Below are positions 48,781 through 57,500 of a DNA stretch of 64,000 bases, one piece after another. The DNA comes from a virus. Where the stretch lies: positions 1 to 64,000 of IMG/VR virus record IMGVR_UViG_3300047322_000556; one strand, given 5' to 3'. Position 1 is the first letter of the stretch; every line of letters starts with the position of its first letter. The notes beneath the pieces are model-generated. The model saw only the letters and a list, made by a program, of their open reading frames with translations, searched no databases and was not told where the DNA came from. Both the position numbers and the translations under genes were made by a program.

Positions 48781-48986
48781 TGTGCGCCGCCTTTCTTCTT
48801 CTGGAAGTCGATCGCGGTCTGTGCGCGAATCCGCTGGAGCACGAGCAAGCCCGCGACGTCGGCGAACTGGCGGCACATATCGCGATCGCCGAATTCGAGC
48901 GCGTTGCGGATGGTGCGCGCGCTGCGATTGTGCGCCTTGCAAAGCGCGCCGATCGTGACGATGCGGGTAACTTCGTTGTGGGTCAT
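48777..48986 (-). CDS. Small early protein
   Basis: AAGGAG RBS. Confidence 0.5.
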   Translation of the reverse strand: MTHNEVTRIVTIGALCKAHNRSARTIRNALEFGDRDMCRQFADVAGLLVLQRIRAQTAIDFQKKKGGAQ

Positions 48987-48996
48987 GGCGGGCTCC

Positions 48997-49338
48997 TTAG
49001 ACGTTGCGGTAGCTGTAGACCAGCGCCGAGAATTCACGGCCCTTCGTGCGCGTCACGTTGCTCGCGCTGCCTTGCCAGTGGCCGCAGCAGTCGTATGAGC
49101 AAGTGCAGCCGAAGCGCGACGCGTCGTAGATCGCATCGACCGCGTCCTGCTCGCTCACGCCGCGCGGCGCGACGAACGTCACGCGCTGCTCTGCGTGATC
49201 GCCGTACTGGTCATACACGGCCGGGCGGTTCGATTCGAGCCGCTTGAACACGCCGACATACTGGCGCTCGTCGTGCTGCTTCGCGCCGTCGCGATACTTG
49301 AACGTCTTGCGCGCGTAACCGTGAAATTTCGTCGCCAT
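48997..49338 (-). CDS. Small early protein with 'CTCSYDCCGH' motif
   Basis: GGGAG RBS, first gene after the promoter at 49372-49400. Confidence 0.6.
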   Translation of the reverse strand: MATKFHGYARKTFKYRDGAKQHDERQYVGVFKRLESNRPAVYDQYGDHAEQRVTFVAPRGVSEQDAVDAIYDASRFGCTCSYDCCGHWQGSASNVTRTKGREFSALVYSYRNV

Positions 49339-49371
49339 CTTCGTGCTCCCGTTGTGTTTGTCGATGGAGCT

Positions 49372-49400
49372 ATATTAGTCGCCTAACGACGAACGCGCAA
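49372..49400 (-). promoter_or_regulatory. Repeated early promoter with TTAGGCGACTAA operator (copy 1)
   Basis: TTGCGC-17bp-TAATAT on the minus strand. Confidence 0.8.
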
Positions 49401-49465
49401 GGGGTAGATGCAAAAAAAGTTACCCGCCAGATAAACAAAAAGCCCGGCGCGGGGCCGGGCTCGGA

Positions 49466-49705
49466 TTAGGCGTTTCGCCGCGCGGTGACTGACGCATTGG
49501 GCCGCACCTTCGTCTTGCGCTGGATCGCCGCGTAGAACATATCGGCGGGTGCCGCGCTGGCGTTCTTCGGCGGCCGATAGCCGCTCTTCTTTGCCTGCTC
49601 GGCGACGATTCCGACTTGCGACTCGCTCAGCGAATTGAAATTCGCCTTCAAGTCGATGCCTTGGATCTGCAACGTGTCTGCGGCGTGTTTCCAGTTGACG
49701 GCCAT
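49466..49705 (-). CDS. Small early protein
   Basis: GGAG RBS behind a UUCG hairpin. Confidence 0.5.
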   Translation of the reverse strand: MAVNWKHAADTLQIQGIDLKANFNSLSESQVGIVAEQAKKSGYRPPKNASAAPADMFYAAIQRKTKVRPNASVTARRNA

Positions 49706-49754
49706 GCTCTTGTGCTCCGTTATTGAGCCCGCCGAAGCGGGCTGGGTGGATCTG

Positions 49755-49946
49755 TTACTTGCTCGCCTTCTGACTGGCTTCAACGACCGAAAATAGGGTA
49801 TCGCCCCATCGCATCAAGCCGTTCCAGTTGCAGTACTCCGAGAAGAACTCACGCGCCGTCATTGCGCGGATATCGTCGTCAGAGTAGCCGCGCTTACGCA
49901 CGTCCTGCAGCGCGTGCGCCGGGATTTTTGACAGGTCAAGTGCCAT
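49755..49946 (-). CDS. Small early protein
   Basis: GGAG RBS behind an identical UUCG hairpin. Confidence 0.55.
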   Translation of the reverse strand: MALDLSKIPAHALQDVRKRGYSDDDIRAMTAREFFSEYCNWNGLMRWGDTLFSVVEASQKASK

Positions 49947-49986
49947 TGCTTTGCTCCATTGAGCCCGCCGAAGCGGGCCGGGGTGG

Positions 49987-50277
49987 TTATTGTGCGCGCG
50001 GCTCGATCGCGACGATGTGGCGGCGGTTGCCTTGGAAAAACCAGTCGCGTTCGGGGCCGAAGTAACCCTCGACCACTTCGCCGCCGAGCCAGCGGCCGCG
50101 CGGCATAGCGACGGGCGACGGGCCGACGAAGTCGTTGAAAGAGTTGTTGTACGCTGCCACGCCGTCGATGTGCCCGCGCGATTCGCCAGTGGACACAATT
50201 TCGAATTGCGCGCCGTGGAACAGGGCGACGTCGCCCGCGTGAAGCTCGGTGACGGAGACGTATTGGACGTTTTTCAT
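49987..50277 (-). CDS. Small early protein
   Basis: 96 aa. Confidence 0.55.
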   Translation of the reverse strand: MKNVQYVSVTELHAGDVALFHGAQFEIVSTGESRGHIDGVAAYNNSFNDFVGPSPVAMPRGRWLGGEVVEGYFGPERDWFFQGNRRHIVAIEPRAQ

Positions 50278-50322
50278 GGCTTGCCCTTGTGAAGAGGAAG
50301 CCCGGCGGGCCGGGCGTGTCGG

Positions 50323-50529
50323 TTAGATTGCGATGATGGTCTGAATGCCGCGCTTGCTCGCGAGGGTGACGGCGATCGTGTTCTTGATCTGCTGGAGGTC
50401 GCCGCAGCCCGCGCCGAACTTGCCGTTGAAGCGGTAGCCGACTTTGCCGCTCGCGAAGGTGGTGCGGAACACTTCGAAGCCGATTTGGCCGCTCTTCGTC
50501 AGATACTTCGCGATCAGTTCCGTTTTCAT
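50323..50529 (-). CDS. Small early protein
   Basis: GGAG RBS, first gene after promoter copy 2. Confidence 0.55.
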   Translation of the reverse strand: MKTELIAKYLTKSGQIGFEVFRTTFASGKVGYRFNGKFGAGCGDLQQIKNTIAVTLASKRGIQTIIAI

Positions 50530-50562
50530 CTCTGCGTCTCCGCGTGCGTTGTCGATGTAGAG

Positions 50563-50591
50563 ATATTAGTCGCCTAATACATGGAGCGCAA
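50563..50591 (-). promoter_or_regulatory. Repeated early promoter (copy 2)
   Basis: TTGCGC-17bp-TAATAT with operator at 50566-50577. Confidence 0.8.
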
Positions 50592-50655
50592 TAGGGAATC
50601 GAAAAGAATTTAGCGGGCCGGTAGAAAAGCAAAACCCGGCGCGGGGCCGGGTCGG

Positions 50656-50805
50656 TTACTGGCGGTTGAGGCTTTGCAGGTATTCGAGTATCGGAACGGC
50701 TTCATATCGCGCCGTGTTGAGCGCGTCAACCGTGCGCCGCTCGAATGTCTCGCATATCACGCGGCCGGTGGCTTTCTCGCGGATGATCCAGCTCGCCGTT
50801 CTCAT
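50656..50805 (-). CDS. Small conserved phage protein
   Basis: 'SWII..KATG.V..ETF..V.ALNT..YEAVPILEYL.SLN'. Confidence 0.55.
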   Translation of the reverse strand: MRTASWIIREKATGRVICETFERRTVDALNTARYEAVPILEYLQSLNRQ

Positions 50806-51803
50806 GCGCGCGCCTCGGCTGCGACGCGCGCGCTGAGAGTGTCGATTCCGTGCTGAGAGGCCCGCCACGCAGAAAGGACGTCCAGCGTGAAAACTTCGGT
50901 CCAGCCGTTCAGCATAAAGGCGTCGCCGTCGTAGCATTCATCCCAAGCATCGCTTTTGTAGGCTCGTTTGATGTGCGCCTCTGCCTCAAAACATGCGCGG
51001 CCGTCATCAAATCGATATTCCGCAAGCACGGTCGCGGTCCACTCTGGATCGAGCCCATACTCCTTCGCGCGCTCGGCGGCGGCTCTGTTCGTGATGCCCG
51101 CCTTCCAAGCGCGTTTCCCGTTTGGGCCGCTGAACTCTACGAAATAGAGCGTGCCGGGTCTATCGGGATTGAAGCCGCCATTGCCGCGATCCATGTGGGC
51201 GCAAATAGATTCGAAAAAGTCGCTTCCACGGTTTTTCGCCGTAACGTATTCAGTTTTGCGGGCCTTCGCAAACTCGCCTCGCCTAGTGAACTGAGCCGCG
51301 CACGCGCGCAGGCAGTCGTCTGTATAGGCGGTTTTAAGGGTCGCCATATGCGAGCAGATATCTTCAAAAAACGCCTTGCCGCGCTTCCGGGCGGCGTTGT
51401 GCGCTCCTGACGCGCGCGCCTTGAATTCCCATCGTGTAGCGAAGCCTTTTGCGATCGCTCGAAGCTCATCATCGGAAAAGGCGAGAGACTCCATGTGCGC
51501 GCAAATGGAGGCCATGAATGGTTGCCCCCGATTGACGGCGACAGAGTATGCGCCGCGATTGCCCCGCTCGAATGCCTTCCGGGTAGCGTAGCTGCTGGCG
51601 ATCACGCGAAGCTCGTCGTCGGCGTATGGATCATGCTTGATGATTTCCATGTGCGCGCAGATATCGGCCATGAATGCTTTCCCGCGCCTGCACGCGCACT
51701 GATACGCGCCTGAATTGCTCGCTTTGAACTCGCGGCGCGTTTGGTATTTTGCTGCCTCCGCGCGAAGGGATCCTTCGGTATGACGTTGGTAAGGTGCGCG
51801 CAT
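50802..51803 (-). CDS. Free-standing GIY-YIG-like homing endonuclease with four N-terminal repeats
   Basis: 4x ~45-aa 'DDELR..A..Y.TR.EF...AY..A..RG..F...ICAHM'. C-terminal 'LYFVEF..WKAGIT..R..AE..GWTE.F'. Confidence 0.7.
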   Translation of the reverse strand: MRAPYQRHTEGSLRAEAAKYQTRREFKASNSGAYQCACRRGKAFMADICAHMEIIKHDPYADDELRVIASSYATRKAFERGNRGAYSVAVNRGQPFMASICAHMESLAFSDDELRAIAKGFATRWEFKARASGAHNAARKRGKAFFEDICSHMATLKTAYTDDCLRACAAQFTRRGEFAKARKTEYVTAKNRGSDFFESICAHMDRGNGGFNPDRPGTLYFVEFSGPNGKRAWKAGITNRAAAERAKEYGLDPEWTATVLAEYRFDDGRACFEAEAHIKRAYKSDAWDECYDGDAFMLNGWTEVFTLDVLSAWRASQHGIDTLSARVAAEARA

Positions 51804-51879
51804 CGTAAGCCGGAATGGTCTGGTGCGGCGATGATACTACCCCACAGATAAAAAAGTTCGCTTATCTGTGGGGATTCGC

Positions 51880-52410
51880 TCAGCCTTCGATGGCTTTGTG
51901 AAGCTCCGTTCGCTCGATGCCGCGCATCATGCGCCGGATGGCGGCGAGTTCCGCCTCGCTGCGCTGCTTGGCAGGCTTGGCGTCGTCGTCCTCGCGCGCG
52001 GGGCCGGTTATGTCGTTCTTGTGGATGAAGGCGACGAAGAGATGATCCATCTGCTGCGCGAGCTCGCGCCGATAGACGGCATATCGCATCTCGACTTCAA
52101 GATGCTGCGCCTTCGTCATCTCGACGTCGAAGCCGCGCTTGCCTCGCGTATGCCATACGGTGAGGTTTCCGGTCTGGAGCACGCTGAATAGGATCTGATT
52201 GAGCAGGCGGTGCTCGACGTCGGTCTTGTACGTGAATTTGAAGCGCTGCGTCGCGCTCGCGGCGTCGTCCAAGTCGGCGATCGTCATGCCGTGTTTGGCG
52301 AGCTGCTTCTCGAGGAAGCGCTGCGCGTTCTCGCGCTCGCCGTGCTCGCCGCGTTTCGCCAGCTCGTACAGCTTCATCAGGCGGGCGTGGATCTTGTCGT
52401 TGTCGGTCAT
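51880..52410 (-). CDS. DUF2786-like protein
   Basis: 'RL.KL..LA.RG..GE.ENA...L.K...KHGM...DL'. Confidence 0.65.
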   Translation of the reverse strand: MTDNDKIHARLMKLYELAKRGEHGERENAQRFLEKQLAKHGMTIADLDDAASATQRFKFTYKTDVEHRLLNQILFSVLQTGNLTVWHTRGKRGFDVEMTKAQHLEVEMRYAVYRRELAQQMDHLFVAFIHKNDITGPAREDDDAKPAKQRSEAELAAIRRMMRGIERTELHKAIEG

Positions 52411-52412
52411 GG

Positions 52413-52715
52413 TCAGGCTGCGTATGCGGTGGTGGTCTTGCGCTTCTTGTCGGGCTCGCCAAGCGCTTGTCGGGCTTGGTCAAGTGCTGCGGTCCATTCG
52501 GCGCGCGGGGCGCGCTCAGCGGCGATCAGGCGCATCAGCGCGGCGCGCAGCTTGTCGTGCTCATTCCAGCGGCGCGCGAGCTCGGCGGCGTCGGCGGCGT
52601 CTGTCGCCGCGCGCATGTGGCCGCACAGGATATGCGTGCCGACGATCGCGAAGGAAATGCCGAGCTCGGGCTTCCAGCGCGCGCGCGGCATGGCGGTGAG
52701 GGTGGCTTTGGTCAT
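52413..52715 (-). CDS. Small early protein
   Basis: GGGGA RBS with upstream operator. Confidence 0.5.
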   Translation of the reverse strand: MTKATLTAMPRARWKPELGISFAIVGTHILCGHMRAATDAADAAELARRWNEHDKLRAALMRLIAAERAPRAEWTAALDQARQALGEPDKKRKTTTAYAA

Positions 52716-52809
52716 GGGTTCCCCGTTGAGATGCGCGGCGCGTGCCGGGCGATTTGTGGTGAAGCGTATTATGTATCTTGCAGGTTGATTCATCCGCTAG
52801 ATATGCGAA

Positions 52810-53025
52810 TTAAATGCCAGCGAGCTTCTTGCGGAAGAGCGTCTCGGCGTCCATGTGCGCGCGGTGCAGCGCGTCGCAAATGATCCGGACTTCGGCTTGC
52901 GCCGCCGGTAGCGTCGTCGCGCCCATGATGGCGCGCTCAAGCTGCTTGATCGTCGCGCGTTGCAGCTTGCGCATGCTCTCGCAGTGCTGAAGCGTAAGAG
53001 CGGCTCGGGTGGTCGCTTTAGACAT
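52810..53025 (-). CDS. Small early protein
   Basis: GGGAG RBS. Confidence 0.5.
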   Translation of the reverse strand: MSKATTRAALTLQHCESMRKLQRATIKQLERAIMGATTLPAAQAEVRIICDALHRAHMDAETLFRKKLAGI

Positions 53026-53060
53026 GGTGGGGCTCCCTGTTCTTGTTGTGGATCGGCGGG

Positions 53061-53261
53061 CTATCGGTCGGCGCGGTAGATGCGGCAATGTGCGTTGAGT
53101 GTGGCGCTTCCGATGTGGATTGCGCCGTCGCGCCGCGTGACGGTCACGCGCAGCTCGGGCTTCGCGCGCCGGTTGCCGCGAATGATCTTTGCTGCGATGT
53201 GGCGATCCATCGGCATCGCGGCACCGTCGCGCCACTGAAACATGATTGCGGGCTTGGTCAT
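53061..53261 (-). CDS. Small early protein
   Basis: GAGGA RBS. Confidence 0.45.
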   Translation of the reverse strand: MTKPAIMFQWRDGAAMPMDRHIAAKIIRGNRRAKPELRVTVTRRDGAIHIGSATLNAHCRIYRADR

Positions 53262-53274
53262 ATCGGCGTCCTCG

Positions 53275-53673
53275 TTAGTGGCTGCGAAACGCTGCGCGCT
53301 CGCTGAAACGGTTGAAGCGATCCACAAAGCGCCGGGCGCGGCGAAGGTTCGCGTAGTGGCGAACGGGCGGCCGGTCGTCCAGCTCCACGCTCACGATGTA
53401 GCCGCGCTTGTGGTTGTGGCCTTCGATGTAGAGGCGCTTGGGCTCGACGTGGACTTGCACGGTGTCGGCAATGCGTGCGGTCGTGCTGAAGCGGCGGCAT
53501 ACGCTCACGCCGACGACGGCGGGCTCGCCGATGATCGTCTTGAGCTTGACGGCCTCGAAAACCGTCGTGTTGCCGAGCAGGCGGAACTTGTCGCCGATCG
53601 CGAGCTTGTCGTTGAGGATCAGCGGGGGCAGCGCGCGCCCGGTGCGGGCGTCAGTGCGGGGGATGGTCTGCAT
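53275..53673 (-). CDS. Early hypothetical protein
   Basis: AAGGAG RBS. Confidence 0.5.
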   Translation of the reverse strand: MQTIPRTDARTGRALPPLILNDKLAIGDKFRLLGNTTVFEAVKLKTIIGEPAVVGVSVCRRFSTTARIADTVQVHVEPKRLYIEGHNHKRGYIVSVELDDRPPVRHYANLRRARRFVDRFNRFSERAAFRSH

Positions 53674-53683
53674 GGCTGGCTCC

Positions 53684-53842
53684 TTACTTCGGTTTGCGGG
53701 CGCTGACGACGAACGTCTCTTCGGGCTCGTCGCGGCGAAAGATGGCGAGCCATTGCTCGGCCGTCTCGGGCGTGACGTCGCGCGCGATGCGCCACAGGCC
53801 GCTCGTGCGGCTCTTGCGCCAAAGGTGAAGAGGTTTCGTCAT
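53684..53842 (-). CDS. Small early protein (52 aa, not in ORF track)
   Basis: MTKPLHLWRKSRTSGLW..., GGAG RBS. Confidence 0.5.
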   Translation of the reverse strand: MTKPLHLWRKSRTSGLWRIARDVTPETAEQWLAIFRRDEPEETFVVSARKPK

Positions 53843-53855
53843 GGTGGGCTCCGGG

Positions 53856-54152
53856 TTAGGCGGCGGCGCTCATGGCCGCTTCGATCTTGTGGGCTGCCTT
53901 CGCGGCTCCATCGAGAGTCGCGAACGCGCTGCGATAGGTGCGCATGCCGGTATGGCGGCTGTAGACGACGAAGGGACGCTCGCGCACGTTGCGATAATCG
54001 GCGGTGTACTTCTCATACGAGATGACGACCGTCGCGTCATTGGCGGTGATGCCGGTGCGGTTGATGGCGATGCCGAGCGCCTTCGCGCGTTCGTCTTGCT
54101 GCTGGCGAGCGTCGTCGGTCTTTGCTGCGCGCGGGTGGAAGTAGATCGTCAT
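53856..54152 (-). CDS. Small early protein
   Basis: GGAG RBS. Confidence 0.55.
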   Translation of the reverse strand: MTIYFHPRAAKTDDARQQQDERAKALGIAINRTGITANDATVVISYEKYTADYRNVRERPFVVYSRHTGMRTYRSAFATLDGAAKAAHKIEAAMSAAA

Positions 54153-54203
54153 GTTCGGCTCCGGTGTCTGGTACCGACAAAGCCCGCTTGCGCGGGCTAC
54201 TGC

Positions 54204-54428
54204 TTACTGGAGCGTCTCGATCACGGTGTCGAGACGGTTGAATCGATCGCCGCCGGGGTGCGTCAGGCGCACGCGCTCGCCGTCCTCGTGGTTGTGGTGA
54301 ATCAGGGTGAACGCGACCGAGTAGGCGGTGAGCTCGCTCGCGTCTCGCACGATGGCTCGGCCCGCCTCGGTGACGGTGTATGTGCCGCGCGTTGCGTTCT
54401 CTTTGATCTCGATTCGGGTCGATGCCAT
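54204..54428 (-). CDS. Small early protein
   Basis: GGAG RBS, first gene after promoter copy 3. Confidence 0.55.
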   Translation of the reverse strand: MASTRIEIKENATRGTYTVTEAGRAIVRDASELTAYSVAFTLIHHNHEDGERVRLTHPGGDRFNRLDTVIETLQ

Positions 54429-54468
54429 GTTTTTGCTCCGGTTTGTTAGTGGTTGCGTCGATGTAGTG

Positions 54469-54497
54469 ATATTAGGCGACTAACCAGACGAACGCAA
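54469..54497 (-). promoter_or_regulatory. Repeated early promoter (copy 3)
   Basis: TTGCGT-17bp-TAATAT with the operator in flipped orientation at 54472-54483. Confidence 0.8.
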
Positions 54498-54592
54498 GGG
54501 GTTAGAGCAACTTTATTTTACCCCATAGGTATAACTATTGACCCGGCGGAAAGTCGTGATACGGGCTCGGTCGTGACTCGAAAATGGACGTC

Positions 54593-57500
54593 ATGACCTA
54601 TCAAACCGATTCCGCCTATCAGCTCCGCGACGGTGCGCTCGCGTTCTCGTTCGCTGTGTCATTAACCAATCAGTTAAAAAGCTCAGACGTCGCGCGCGTG
54701 CTGGCGAATGCCGATGCGTGCGGGTGGCTCCATAAGAGTGAGCCGGGTGCCTTCTGTGCGCGGTTGGTGGTGGCGGCGGGGGATGAGGCCGTCGAGCTCA
54801 TGCCGGTGCCCACGGTGGGAGAGATTGCCCATAGGCGGGTGAATCACTTCGAGCCGGTGCGAATGCTCGCGAAGGCTGAGGCGGGCGAATTGCCAGCGCT
54901 CACGCCGTATAAGGGAAGCGATGCGGACACGCCGCACATTGGCATTCCCTTCGATTGGTCAGTCCTCGCGCCGAAATATCCGGATATGGCCGTACAGCCG
55001 CGTCAAGCCGTCGAGCCGCGCTTCGTGGTGGATGACGCCGGGCGGATTCGGCTAGGGTCAAATTTGACGCCTGAGGCCGAAGAGGGCCATTCCCACAGGG
55101 GGGAGATACTCCAGAAGGCAGAGGGGGGCACAGAGGCGATTCCGGCGGGGGCTCGCTGGATCACAGTCCATCCAAACGGCGAAGGCTCCAAGGGTGTGCC
55201 GGTGCTCGTGCAGGAGACTCACCACGGCTCGGGGGTGATGCACGTTATCGGTGGTGCGGGTGGGAAGCTCAACTACCTGAAGCTCAAGGGCGTCAAGTCC
55301 GAAAGCGAATATCGACAAGAAAGCGCTGAACGACAAGCCGCCAATAGGGAGGCGCGACAAGCTCAGGTCAAGCAGGACAAGCTCAACGGCACGCACGACG
55401 CCAAGCAGCTTGCTCGCCAGTCGATAAAGGATCAGAAGCGCCAAGCGGAAAACGACTTCATCTCGACTGTTGCTGAAGCAATGGGATGGGACGCGGGCGC
55501 GCTGTCACTGCCTGCTGCTCAGTTGCAAGGCTTGTCCGACAAGGCGGTAAAAAAGGCGTCGGAGGCTTATCACGCCGAGCTTCTGGCGAAAGCGAAGGCC
55601 GCTGTCGGTCTCCAGAGACAAGCGCTGTTGGCTGATCCAGAGCAAATCGACAAGGCATTCGGGCCGGACGTGCCGCTTGTCAGTGACGACGCGGCGGTCT
55701 TGTCGGTGGCTGATCTTGATCCAGTCAAACCGGTGAACGAGAACGGGCTCGCGCCGGATTTCAAGGTGCGCGCGGAAAAAGCCGGGCTGACCGATGAGGC
55801 GCTCGCTGACGAGGTCAAGGAGATTCAGGGCAAGGACGACGTACAGGCGGCCGCCGAACAGAGCGCGCAGGATTCCAAGCAGCTCCAAGCCGAGAAAATC
55901 GACGCGGAGATTGCAGCCGCGCAGCTCCAGAAGCCCGATCTGAAGCCGCAAGTCGTCCAGGCGAAACAGGCGGCGGCGCTGCTGGTCGCGCAGAAGAAGT
56001 ACCAGGCGGTCGTCGCGGCCGCGCGCAAGGCATCGCGTGACGTGGATCAGGCGCGCGACGTCGAGCCGCAGGCGTATGTGCTCGAAGTGCATCCGGCGAC
56101 GGCTCAGCAGGCGCAAGACGCGCTCAAGGATGAGCTCGCGACGCTGTCCACGCGCTCATTCCTCGCGGAAGTGAGCAAATCGACCGAAGAGACGCTCGGC
56201 ACGCACGCGGCGGCGGGTGCCTTCAATTCGCTCAATGCGCTGTCTCAGGCGGCCGCAGGCGCGTCGCTCGTGGATCGCTCGGTCGTGGACGTGCTCGGCA
56301 TGGCCGGGGCCGCTCAGGTGCTCGCGCGTCGCTTGCGGGCGGATCTCGGCGACGATCGCGCCGATGAGATGGCGGAACAGTTCGCCGATTTCCACAAGCA
56401 GCGCTATATGACGGTCGCGGGCGCGGCGCTCGATCAGGTCAAGCAGCTTCACGAAGAGGCCGCCAAGCTCGAAATGCAGGCCGCTGACGGGCCGGACGAC
56501 GTCGTGACGAAGGTCGGCATCAACAAGCGGCGCACAGAGGCGCTCGCGGCCGCCGACAAGGTGCTCGGCATGTCGCTCGGCGAGATGGAAGCCAATGCCG
56601 CGCTCGTGGCGGCGATGAAAGAGCGCCAGCGCAACACGCTTACGGTGTCGCTCGGTCGCGCGCCGCTGGAGTCGGCCGTGCGTCAGGTGCGCGCGCTCGG
56701 CATGGTGCCGGGCGACTACAAGCTCGAAAGAACCGGCGTGAACGTGTTCCTGTCGCTCAATGCGTCGGGGCTCGACAAGCTCGCGCGCAACGTGGATCAG
56801 GAAGGCATCGCGCGGGTGAGGCGCAATCTCGACATCATGGAAGGCAAGCACGACGAGGCGAATTGGTTGCCGCAGGGCTTCGCCGATCGCGCCGATCTGG
56901 CGCTCAAGTCCGAGCCGGGCGTCGCGCAACGGCTCGCGCAGCCGTTTGACGGGCACGCGAACGATCTGCAGGCGGCGCTGCGTGACTACATCGGCGGCCG
57001 ATACGCGGACGGTGACGCGCCCGCCGATATCCTGTCGGACGTCCAATCGGCCGCGTTTTACGACAAGGTCGGGGCCGCGCGCAGCGAAGAGTATCGCGCC
57101 GCGCTCGATGCGGTCGCGCCGAACAAGCTCGAAGGCAAGCAGCTCCAGCGCGCCGAGCAGCTCGCACCGCTCTTCGATGGCTACGCTGACGCGTTCGTCG
57201 CGTCGCATTGGGGCGGGCAGCGCTCCACGTTGAACGCTCAGACGTTCGACGCCAGCGACAAGGCGCAAGATGCGGCGCACAGGGCGCTCGCGGCGATTCC
57301 TGAAGGTGTTGTCGCCTACAAGGCGATCGGCAGCCTCACGCGCGCGGATCGGGCCGCGCTGCGCTCATGGTTTCACAAGAACATCGCGCACGATTCGCCG
57401 GAACGCGCCGCGATGCTCGCGCAGTACGACAAGCTCATGCAGGACGAGCCCGAAAAGACGGTCGCGGATATGTTCGGCGAAGAGTCGGAAAATCCGAGCT

